A DNA stretch of 64,000 nucleotides from Haliotis rubra. Taxonomy: Eukaryota. Shown one piece after another: positions 25,694-37,473 of this stretch. The notes under the pieces are model-generated. The model worked only from the letters and a program-made list of their open reading frames with translations. It was not told the origin of the DNA and did not search any database. The position numbers were made by a program, and so were the translations under genes. The stretch's first letter is position 1. Every line of letters begins with the position of its first letter. The stretch spans positions 248,001 through 312,000 of the forward strand of contig NW_025767431.1 of assembly GCF_003918875.1 (NCBI RefSeq), read 5' to 3'.

Positions 25694-26465
25694 TCTACAA
25701 GTTGGGGTAACGAGTGGTAGTGAAGTTACCTTTCACTTCATTCCAATAATTTAACATTTGTGGCTGTTTAATGGTTTGCTTATTTGTTGTAAATCAAATA
25801 TTAAATATCTGTATTTATGAAGAACATGAACAACTTTGGTAAGTTAATGTTTATGAAGTAATGTAAAGCATAGCCGACATAGGCTGAGTGATATTCCAAT
25901 CTCAGAATGTATAGTTCATAATCATTCACACAATATGGAAGCCCTCTGGCGTTTCAGCAAAGAAAACTGTGTCTCATAATAATTTGATTTTTGTTTTATG
26001 TAATCAAATTGCAAAACGTATGATGACTCAGTCATGTCTGATCCAACACACATGCAACAAATTCCACAGATCAGAAATGATTATGGGCTGTAGTGGATAT
26101 ACTGTGGTCGGGTAAAAACGATCGTAATTCTGAAACTATATATCCCACACAAGCCTTCAACTTTCTGGATCAAAATGGCGTTGATTCAAATATTTAAAAA
26201 ACGTCAGTACATAATAATCCCCCTTCTTGATTGGTGTAACCGGCAAAATAGCTGTTATAATTAGATGACAACAGATGTTCGCGACTATTACCCCACTTCC
26301 AAGGTCAGCTCCAACTGGGCAATACCCCCACCCTTCCATCACACAACCTGTATTTTAAGATATGGTATAAAATATGAAATGAAATCAAGTATCATTCGTT
26401 AAGTATATGTTGCTTTCATGTTAAAGTACGGAATTTAAAACAATGTGAAATTGTAGGGGAGAAAT

Positions 26466-26653
26466 TAGTCTGTCTCACAGTCCCTGAACCACATTATTTT
26501 CCCTACAGCCTAGCCTTCCCTGTAGTGCTCAAGCCCTAAACGAAGCAAGTCTAGCTGAATCTCTGGTCTCCCTAGGGCTCCTTTTCAATTTAAATGGGCT
26601 TGTTTGTTACTATCAAAATTATATATATTCAGAGACTAAGCCGTAGTCTAGAA
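26466..26653 (+). mobile_element. Short non-autonomous element with TAGTC/GACTA termini
   Basis: Absent from copy 1 (22010-22020); possible TSD agaaat; related copy at 35898-36068. Confidence 0.65.
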
Positions 26654-26977
26654 AGAAATGATCAAGGGAAGAAATAAGACAAGACATTGGCAAGGGTGAC
26701 AGGTCGGGGTTATCAAATGTTATCTGCGCCTAACTGATTCGTTGATTGGGCATGCCCATTCTCTGTTGATGTTGCTCTGGATGTCACGTCACGTCTGTGT
26801 CAGTCACGTCAGCAGCGTCTACTTGTGAGTCAGAGATCATGGACTTACAACAATATCGGATTCCTTAGGGATAAAGGTTTCCAGCATGATAGACACAACG
26901 TTTCACTAATGAAAAGAAAGCGTTCAGATAATCCATGGCGAGGGTCATTTTAACACAGGACATAACTATGTCCATAA

Positions 26978-27379
26978 AATAGAATAGAATAATACATTAA
27001 TGCCTTTTCAGGAATTTGTGTTACATCAGCAGTGCTACTGACACATTAGAGAGATACCAAACATATTTACATAAATTCTTTGATTTAAGTATCTTCACAT
27101 TTGTTTAAAAGAGATATGGTACTTGGAATAAAGGATGTACGGGCTCTCTTAGTTTTCACAATTGGAACTTTGTAGCGGCGGCCTGAAGGGAGGAGGTTGT
27201 ATTCCGAATTTAAGTAGTGAGTACGGTCAGATATGATTTTGACAGCTTGATTCACGATTTGCCCCTCATATATTGATGATAAACATTGAAATCTGACTCC
27301 AGCGATTTTACTTGCAGTGTTAACAATTTTGTCTTTTTTAGATTTGAGATGAACTGAGAGAGACCCGCACCAACAATGG
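26978..27379 (-). mobile_element. LINE 3' fragment (Rex1/Babar-like), duplicate
   Basis: Copy of 22330-22738. Confidence 0.8.
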
Positions 27380-27539
27380 TCATACATCGTCATATTAATG
27401 TCCAACACGACATACTTAAAGTAACATGCTGGTCTGGTATTGTGTTCAACATTCACAACGATGTGTTGTGCGTGTGTGCGGGTGAGAGATATATAGAGGA
27501 GATATTTCATGTCACAACTTTTAAGACACAAATCTAGAG

Positions 27540-27810
27540 TGAGTGAGTGAGTGAGTTTAGTTTTACGCCCCACTCAGCAATATTCCAGCTATATGGCGGC
27601 GGTCTGTAAATAATCGAGTCTGGACCAGACAATCCAGTGATCAACAGCATGATCGTCGATCTGCGCAATTGGGAACCGATGACATGTGTCAACCAAGTCA
27701 GCGAGCCTGACCACCCGATCCCTTCAGTCGCCTCTTACGACAAGCATAGTCGCCCTTTGTGGCAAGCATGGGTTGGTGAAGACCTATTCTACCCTGGATC
27801 TTCACGGGTT
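27540..27810 (-). mobile_element. SINE family C, duplicate
   Basis: Copy of 22899-23165. Confidence 0.85.
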
Positions 27811-29663
27811 ACACAGATCTAGAGACTTCGTATTACCTTTGAATTTATTACAATGGAACATTAAAAAATATTAAAGTCTCTTAGACAATTAGCAGTGGTC
27901 CTTTAAGTGAGCGGTTAATGGCATGGGCAACGCCAGTCCCAACTGAAATGATGAACAATACGCCAGGTCATTTGATTATCTACACCGTTATGGCAATTGT
28001 TATATTTCAAGCATTTAAATACTTTAAAGGTTATCTCGGGTTATCTTAAAAATCGAGATAACACGTAATATGAAATTGACTTGTCGCTGTAACAAAATCT
28101 TTCCAGATTATCATCATCATTACGTTTTACAGATTAAATAGTTTGCAGCAGAAAGGGTTCGGGTGATAATGGCATAGTCATTTTTATTTACATTATTTTG
28201 TACTAATACTGCAAAAATAACAATTTAGCCAACAAGTATATCCTTTATAAATAATGTATATAATCAAGTATACACACAATAAATATAAATATATAATTCA
28301 TTATGTTGTCACAGTAAAAGACATTTGTTTTCATATTTGACAAATTGTCTTGAACACCTGAATAGACATATGTAGGTATATCTTTGTTCACCACGTTTAT
28401 TGACAAATGTCCCATCTGTCAAGGAATGATGTTTTTCATGTGGGGTAGTTGTGGTATCGTGTTTAAATCAAGTATTTATATGAAAGTGAGAATGACAGAA
28501 CAAACAGCTTTGCTATGTTAAACGATTTCATTACTTGTCAACATTAAATGAACTGACTTGAGCTATGCTCTATGAACGAGAACCTTGGTAGAAGTTATTT
28601 GCGACTCAAACTGTAAATCTGCATAAATGTCGTACCTAACAATGAACAGCAGCTGTTTTCGATGCCAGGTGTGTGGTGCTATGGTAATGTGGTAATCGAC
28701 ATGTGATTCTTGACTATCCTCCCATGTCAGCTGACAAGTGTCACACAGTTGTTTCGGGGGGAACTGATAAGAATACAACCATACATGTCCAGCCATACCA
28801 GTCGATAATCTCACTTTGTCACTCTACTTTCATCATTTCAACATTTATCAGTTTACTGTTAAACCAATGTAAAACACATCCTGATATAATAATCATGATA
28901 GCGGTATAACAAGTTTGTCTGATAAACAGCTGTACCCCCAGGCTTAGGTTGCAATACACAGTTGGTAATGTATTGTATCAAATGGATATGTGCATACGTG
29001 CTGTCAGAAGAAAAATGACGTACACAGTGTGTGTGTCTTCCTTTCATCCTCATCTGAAGGTGTGAAATGATTCAAGAATATGAAACAGTGCCTTTCTGAC
29101 TCCAGTGAATCTGTTTCTCAGCAAAGTATATCTGTTTACTTGTGCCAGTTGAGCGTCAGTGTCACATTATCTGGAGATCAGTTCTATCAATGCTACTCAA
29201 GCAGTGCGTGTCCGTACCATGGCCAATTGGAGGCAGGTTCAATAACATATTTAGATTGGTTTGTTGGTATCCAAGTCCACGTCGTGGATTTAACAAAGTG
29301 GTAATTCACATGTGTGACTGTTCACTGTCCTCCCACATTAATTGACAAAATACATAAATATGTTTGTAGGAACTTACTACTCGTGTGACTACAGCCACCA
29401 TGCCTCGACAAACCGTTTAAGTCACTCTGGTATGCTAAAATGATCGTAATACGTTGAAAGAAATTGTTGGAAAATTTGTTAAAGGTTCACAGGTACACTG
29501 TTAGATAGATTAAAGTAGATTGAAAAACACAGAGTCAGTTTTACTCCTACATGCATCATTAGTTTCTTCAGGGAGTAAAATCATATTATTCCATGAAAAA
29601 ATGAATGAAATATGTAGGAGTGAAATTGGCTCTATGTTTTTTCAATCTCCTTGAATATAATTT

Positions 29664-30316
29664 TTATCCCCCCAGCATGTAATGCGGGGGGATATAGTCG
29701 AAGCCTCGTCCGTCTGTCCGTCCGTCCGTAATCATTTTGTTTCCAGAGCATAACTCAAAAACATTTCAATATTTTTCAACAAAACTTGGTAGATATATCA
29801 AACAGAACCTTAAGTGGTGCCTTTTGCTATTAACAGATTTTTGTCATTTTTATTTTTCTCGGTTTCCATGGAAACGATTCGGACTTAGTCCCAAAAGGGA
29901 GGGGTGGGTTTTGTTTCCGGAGCATAACTCGAAAACTTCTTTATATCTTTTAGCAAAACGTGGCAGATATGTGAGGCAGATGCCAAAGTGGTGCCTTTTG
30001 CTATTTGGCAAAATTTTGGCATGTTTATTTTTCCCGGATTTCATGGAAGCGATTCGGACTTAGTCCCAAAAGGGAGGGGTGGGTTTCGTTTCCGGAGCAT
30101 AACTAGAAAACTTCTACATATCTTTCAGTAAAACTTGGCAGATATGTGAGGCAGATGCCAAAGTAGTGCCTTTTGCTATTTGCAGATTTTTGTGATGTAT
30201 TATTTTCTCGGTTTCCATGGAAACGATTCCGACATATTTAAAAAAATAGTCAAACTGGATTTAAAGTAACTTTCAGATGATTTGTTCTTTCAAATATGTG
30301 GGGGCCGGGGAGATAT
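29664..30316 (+). mobile_element. HINE duplicate, truncated before the 3' hairpin
   Basis: Copy of 25019-25670; sequence jumps at 30317 to the equivalent of 27841. Confidence 0.8.
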
Positions 30317-31871
30317 GAATTTATTACAATGGAACATTAAAAAATATTAAAGTCTCTTAGACAATTAGCAGTGGTCCTTTAAGTGAGCGGTTAATGGCAT
30401 GGGCAACGCCAGTCCCAACTGAAATGACGAACAATACGCCAGGTCATTTGATTATCTACACCGTTATGGCAATTGTTATATTTCAAGCATTTAAATACTT
30501 TAAAGGTTATCTCGGGTTATCTTAAAAATCGAGATAACACGTAATATGAAATTGACTTGTCGCTGTAACAAAATCTTTCCAGATTATCATCATCATTACG
30601 TTTTACAGATTAAATAGTTTGCAGCAGAAAGGGTTCGGGTGATAATGGCATAGTCATTTTTATTTACATTATTTTGTACTAATACTGCAAAAATAACAAT
30701 TTAGCCAACAAGTATATCCTTTATAAATAATGTATATAATCAAGTATACACACAATAAATATAAATATATAATTCATTATGTTGTCACAGTAAAAGACAT
30801 TTGTTTTCATATTTGACAAATTGTCTTGAACACCTGAATAGACATATGTAGGTATATCTTTGTTCACCACGTTTATTGACAAATGTCCCATCTGTCAAGG
30901 AATGATGTTTTTCATGTGGGATAGTTGTGGTATCGTGTTTAAATCAAGTATTTATATGAAAGTTCGAATAACAGAACAAACAGCTTTGCTATGTTAAACG
31001 ATTTCATTACTTGTCAACATTAAATGAACTGACTTGAGCTATGCTCTATGAACGAGAACCTTGGTAGAAGTTATTTGTTGACTCAAACTGTAAATCTGCA
31101 TAAATGTCGTACCTAACAATGAACAGCAGCTGTTTTCGATGCCAGGTGTGTGGTGCTATGGTAATGTGGTAATCGACATGTGATTCTTGACTATCCTCCC
31201 ATGTCAACTGACAAGTGTCATACGGTTGTTTCGGGGGGAACTAATGTAAGAATACAACCATGCATGTCCAGCCATACCAGTCGATAATCTCACTTTGTCA
31301 CTCTACTTTCATCATTTCAACATTTATCAGTTTACTGTTAAACCAATGTAAAACACATCCTGATATAATAATCATGATAACGGTATAACAAGTTTGTCTG
31401 ATAAACAGCTGTACCCCCAGGCTTAGGTTGCAATACACAGTTGTTAATGTATTGTATCAAATGGATATGTGCATACGTGCTGTCAGAAGAAAAATGACGT
31501 ACACAGTGTGTGTGCCTTCCTTTCATCCTCATCTGAAGGTGTGAAATGATTCAAGAATATGAAACAGTGTGTTTTCGACTCTAGGGAATCTGTTTCTCAG
31601 CAAAGAGTACATGTGAGTGAGGGATCATGGACTTGCAGCAATATTGGATTCCTCTGGGATCAAAGTTTCCAGCATGACAGACACAACGTTTCACCAAAAC
31701 AAACCAAAGCTTTCAGATAATCAATGACGTGGGTCATATTAAACGCAGGAGATCTGCCTCTACCCCTGCAAGAACAATGTAGAACACGTTCATGGATGTG
31801 CACATCCACGGTCATAGTATGTCAAACAGCATATGCTTTAAGTACCGTGTGTGTCTGGTACCCTGTATGAC

Positions 31872-32035
31872 TGACTGACTGACTTTAGTTTTACGCCGCT
31901 TTTAGCAATATTCCAGCAATATCACGGCGGGGAACACCAGAAATGGGCTTCACACATTGTGCCCATATGGGGAATCGAACCCGGGTCTTCGGCGTGACGA
32001 GTGGACGCTTTAACCACTAGGCTACCCCACCGCCC
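31872..32035 (-). mobile_element. SINE family A, full length
   Basis: Complete tRNA-like head and tail; TSD gtacc(c/g)tgtatgac. Confidence 0.9.
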
Positions 32036-33669
32036 GTACCGTGTATGACACATACGTCGATGTGTTGTGCGTATGTGGGGTGGTGGTGTGTGTCGACTAT
32101 GCTAATTTGGGGTGAAAGAGATATGTGGAGAGATATTTGATTTCATAACTTTTCAGACACGGACCTAGAGAGATATATCTTGTATGATAATTTGATGTCA
32201 CATTGAAAGTTAGGTCCTATTCATATGCAACCATGGAAGACCCTCATTCAAAGCAGGCTTTGTATTAACCACTGTAACCTCATGTTTTAACTCATAGATG
32301 GTAATGTACTTGGATGCATGCGAGCCATTTCCGTATGTATAGGAACTACTTGTGTTATATTGCAATAGAACATTTCAAAAGATTTAAAAAATCTCTAACA
32401 AATGTGCAGTGGTCCATTAAATCAGTGGTTATGAGCACAAACAACGTCAGTCCCCCCAAAAATGACGAACAATAAACCAGATCACTTCATGTAACAACCC
32501 AGCCGCCATTCTGTTTGAGTAACAGGTGCTAAAGACCATAAAACTCCCCTCGAGTATTATCTCGAGAGTGATAAGCAGATCTTTATATACAGTATTTTTG
32601 CAGGTCATGGATTTATCGATGCTTATGCGCTGTCCTCAAAGAACATGACATGTAGCAGATCAGTGATTAAACTGATTCATGTTATATCAGGTGTACCTTT
32701 TCCCGTTTAAGATACATTATTTACACCGTTATAATGATTGTTACATTTGAAGCATTTTTATTCTTGAAAGATTATCTCGGGTTTTCCTAAAAATCAACAT
32801 AACACGGGGCATGAAATCATCTTGTCGCTGTTACAGATTGTCACATTATTACTGAAAAATTCACAATTTAGCCACCAAGTATATTCCTCATTAATAATGG
32901 AGTTAAAATCAAGTATACATACAATAAATATAGATATATTCATTATGTTGTCTCAGTATACTTAAAAAGACATTTGTTTTCATATTTGACAAACTGTCCT
33001 GAACCCTGGAAGATAGATATGTAGGTATATCTTTGTTCACCACGTTATACCCCATTTATCAAGGAATGGGATTTTTCGTGCGGGATCGTTGTGGAATCGT
33101 GCCTAAATCAAATATTTATATAAAACCGAGAACGACAGAACAAACAGTTTTGCTACTTTAAACGATTTAGTCAATTTCAATATTCTTTATTCGAACAAAC
33201 CACCATCGTTCGTACAGGAACAACATTTCACAGTATGAATATTTAGGTAACATGTGATCACTTAGGTAAATAAATATATTACAATTTGACGGTTTCATTT
33301 ACAATCCGTATAAATTTTGATAGACATTTTATGATAGAGTACATACAGGTGGACAAAAGGCTATCGTACCTCAAAATGAGCAGCAGCAGTTTTCGATGCC
33401 AGCTGTGTGAAGCTATGGTAATGTGGGAATCGACATGTGATTCTTGACTATCCTCCCATGTTAACTGACAAGTGTCACACAGTTGTTTCCGTGGTAACGT
33501 ACGTTAGAATACAAACATGTATACATCGTGTGCAACAATTGAAAGTTGAGACTTACTCACATGCATCCACTGAAGACCCTCAGGTTTTGTATCAACCATT
33601 TGTATACTTCATTGATTGGTTTAAACATTTGAATCTGCAATCGTTAAAACCTGGATAACCTTTACCTAA

Positions 33670-34026
33670 GGAACCGTTCATAATTAGGTGTGTATATGGC
33701 TAGAGAGAGAGTTGATGGAGAGAGAGAGAGAGGAGAGAGGAGGGGGTCACCCAATTTGTTCTGGGAGGAAGGGGTCATCAATTTTGTACACATGTTCTTG
33801 GGGAGGTTGGGGTGGAGTGTCAGCAATTTTGCACATACAAATATTAAAATATTATGCTTAAAAAATATGGAAGGGGAGAGGGTCATTGATTTTGTACAAG
33901 ACATGCAGGGGGTCACTTACTTTGTACGTAAATTTTAGGGGTCATTGACATTGTACATGCTTCTGCATAAAAATCATCAACCCCCCACACCCCCACACCC
34001 CCTTGCCATAAATTATGAACGGTCCC
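33670..34026. mobile_element. PIF/Harbinger-type MITE
   Basis: TIRs gg(a/g)accgttcataatt, TAA duplication on both sides; paralogous empty site near 32785. Confidence 0.8.
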
Positions 34027-34633
34027 TAAACATCAAGATAACACGGAACATGATTCTACTTTGTGGCTGTTACAAAATTCGTTCATATTGTCCCATGATT
34101 ATTTGATGTGTATTAACACTGCAAAAATCACAATTTAGCCAACAATTATATTATAAAATTAATGAATAATGTATATAATCATCTATACATACATAATATG
34201 AGTAATGGTTGTTTTATGTTAATTTGTTTGTTTGATTATTGTATTTTATCTGAGGATGACACTTAGCCTATGACAAGACCCAGGACGTTAAAGTATATAT
34301 ACACTTGATCTATAACCTGCAAAGGTGGCATACGTAGGGTTCACCTAATTTAAAAATTTAAAACCCGCATCTGTACAAAATCTGTTTCCTTTCACTGTTT
34401 TTGTAAGTGTTCAGCTACGGTTTTCACCGATACCATATCCAATTTTCTAATCAATATAAATATAACACTATCAGTTGTACAAACTATGGAAAACAGTATA
34501 TTGACATGTCAATACACGTCTGTTAAAACCTCCTAAGAGTGTTAATCTCTGTGAGCCAATCAGATTTGATGTCATAGTTCACAACATTCGCCGTTTCAAC
34601 TTCCGAAACAGGCTACTCTTGGAAAGTTTTAGG

Positions 34634-37473
34634 ATGGCGATAACGTCTCCGAGTTCCTTTGCTTGTTTCGCCCTGATTGTGGTGTTTGTGGAAGGGAGGG
34701 GCATTTGTCCCCCAGGGACATATTGGGACCACGCCCTTGGAAAGTGCGATCAGTGTTCTAGTATATGTAACTACATGGAACAACAAGGGACGGTCACGTC
34801 ATGTGAAAGCAATTGCCCAGGTTGGTAAAAAAATATCTGTTGTTCATCGTTTGACGAGTCAGTTGAAGTTTCTCTCCCTCGCGAGAGAGGCTTCAGTATA
34901 TATCCAATTCGATTTTTATTCATCGCGCCAGGGGTTTAGGTGGGGTCCAGGTGCTTTAAAATTCTGTCTGTCAAATTTGTCGAACATTACTCACACCGTG
35001 CTTTGCTTAAACAGACGTGACAATGTATGTCATTATGAATATGTATAATGTCTGTATGCATTTGCTCATCTTCGATGTAGGGAGGATTGAAACTTTTATC
35101 CCATTCGATGTCTATTCATTGCTGCGGAACGAAAGAGAGGGTCCACGTGGTTTCGGTCTGTCACAACATGGCTACCAGTTGAATGAGCCCTACATCGTGC
35201 GTTCTCAAACACGCGTGTTAATAAATGACACGACGTATGAACCCCAGTGGAGAATGAAAGGAGTTATTCAATTATATTTGTGTTATTCCTTGATTCACCA
35301 CAGGTCTAGTCTAAAGAAAATGATAGAACATTCACGAACATTCGCGAACCTGCCAAATATAGAGCTGACAAGTTACAGATGTCAGCCAATCGGCGGTTAG
35401 ATAACTCCACCTACCTTCCAATCAAAAGCTGCCTCTTTCCGCTCAAGCTGTATGCACGCCAAACAAGGGAATTAACTCGTGAAAGCCCCTTCAACAAGAC
35501 CGTGTGTCCCACTATTAAATGTTTAACCAGGATGCCTGGAGTTGTATAGATACAATTCGTTGTAAAATGATGAAAGTTCATTTTTTCTATCCTTCTCTTG
35601 GATATATGGCCAAATGCCATATTTCAACTGTGGCAGATATTTGTCCGTTCTTTTGGATTAAACCAATGCAATTCTAGAATTTACCCTGTCGATAACATTG
35701 ATCCATTTGTTTATAAAATCATTAAACCTTTATTTCCAAATCCTTAAGTGCATAAGACTCAAATTATCACACAAAATATACATGTGATACTACCACTGCT
35801 TACCACAACAACGTACGGAAACGAAATGTGACCCCAGTACACCAATCTGCTCTTATGAGGCGATCAAACTGCTCTATCCCTGAAGATCCGGGTTAGAACT
35901 GTCTCACAGTCCTCGAACCACACTATGTTCCCTTCCGCCAAGCCCGTCTACAATAAAGCAAGATATCCTCAGGTTCATCTGAATCTTCCTTTTCAGATGG
36001 ACTCCTTTTCAATTTAAATTAAAATTTCCATTAAAGTTTATATAATGAGAGACTAAACGTTAGTCTAGGTCACTGACGTGACTGGTGCATATCGTCGTAT
36101 CCCAAAAGCGAAGAGCTAAAAAGCAGAACTTCATGGTTAATCCAAGAACAAAAAATAAACTTACAACTATAAAATAACCCCGTTTGATTTCGAGGCAGAT
36201 TAGCCGACAGGTTTCATAAGAATTACGGTTTACACGAGGACCGGATGGTCAGGCTGATTGAATGCTGTTAACATCAGGGTCAAGTTCAAGCAAGATCCAA
36301 TTCCAAAGCTAAAATGATTTTTTTTTCGTTATTTCATCACAAATATTTCCACACATATCAATCACTTAGAAAGAGTGATTTTTTCTGTATGCGGTAGCAT
36401 TCGTTATCCGATTCGTAACAAAATACTATTTTCCCAGAGTCACTGTAAATACCAAGTAGAACTTGTATCCTGTATTAGTGCCTTTCGTGTTGCAGGTTAC
36501 AAATCTTCCCACGATGTGCCCCCGAAGCCTGAAGACATTGCACCTATCGAGAACAAGGACACTAAGTCGACAGACGGAGTCACGATTGGTGTGTCGGTGG
36601 CTGCCAGCATTATAATCATCAGTATTATTGCAGGAGCACTTCTCCTACGTCGTAGTCGACGGAGTCGTGCTGCAACAGTTCCATCTCAAATTCTGGACAC
36701 ATCAGCACCAATGCTGTCCACTGGACGTACGTATGCATTAAATATTGTACGGGTAATATGGTCCCGTTAATAGTGAGTAAGTATAGTTTTATGCCGCTTT
36801 TAGCGATATTCCAGCAATATCACTGCGGGGAACAAAAGAAATAAGCTTCACACATTGCACAATGTGGGGAATCGAACCCGGGTCTACGGCGTGACGAGCG
36901 AAAGCTTTCACCACTAGGCTACCCTACCGCCCCATTCACATTAATAGTTGCATGGAGATTGTATCTACTATATCATTTCGATCAGTTACATTAACCTGCA
37001 ATTACATTTATAATATATATTTGTATGACTTCTGCATTTCCTTTCTTTTAGCTGTTTAGCCTCAATTTTATCAGAGCTGACAAAAGCAGTGTGTTTATAA
37101 ACATCCCGTCAAAACCATTTGGATGAGTTTTCTGCAGGATTCTGTACAAAAACAACCAATACCGACTATGATTAAAATAAGTCCCCCTCATCTCTAAACT
37201 GGACGGGTGGTTGGACTCGTTGACTTGGTTGCTTGTGAAGGCAAGAGGAGTTAGGATACTGCTGACGGCGGTGTTCAACGCCACATTAACGAGTAAAGCA
37301 GTTCTAACCCTTTTTTAAAAAAATAGCGTGGTAAGTTTTTCTAGAATCTGATATCTGCTTGACTGCCAAAGTGATTACACGAGTTTCATTTTTTAGACGC
37401 GAGGGAAAACAGACAGGAGGAGCAAGACCATGAACTGGACCGAGGTATTCCAGTCAACGATGGTGCTCACTGA
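34634..37473 (+). CDS. Gene C: single-CRD type I TNFR-like receptor, 164 aa; exons 34634-34820, 36496-36726, 37397-37473
   Basis: Signal MAITSPSSFACFALIVVFVEG; CRD CPPGTYWDHALGKCDQCSSICNYMEQQGTVTSCESNC; TM VTIGVSVAASIIIISIIAGALLL followed by RRSRR. Last exon HARENRQEEQDHELDRGIPVNDGAH* is less certain. Phase-1 GT-AG introns, 495 nt. Confidence 0.8.
35898..36068 (+). mobile_element. Relative of the 26466-26653 element, intron 1 of gene C
   Basis: Shared ctgtctcacagtcc..gaaccaca, ctccttttcaatttaaat and gagactaa..tagtctag. Confidence 0.6.
36773..36933 (-). mobile_element. SINE family A, intron 2 of gene C
   Basis: Full-length match to family A. Confidence 0.85.

Larger units (their letters stand above)
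20712..31605. repeat. Recent tandem segmental triplication (copies 20712-24510, 24511-29154, 29155-31605)
   Basis: gtcagtgtcacattatctggagatcag at 20712, 24511 and 29155; near-identical ORFs recur at ~4644-bp offset; the third copy is internally deleted at 30317. Confidence 0.95.
31615..34190. repeat. Older diverged paralog of the triplicated unit
   Basis: Patchy similarity to 22185-24110 (e.g. 33365-33490 vs 23986-24110); lacks the LINE and SINE C insertions. Confidence 0.75.

Noticed and set aside
31872-32035. tRNA genes suggested by A/B boxes here and at 1630, 36773 and 41897
   Set aside because: Heads are fused to a common body and microsatellite tail, with TSDs in several copies; these are SINEs.
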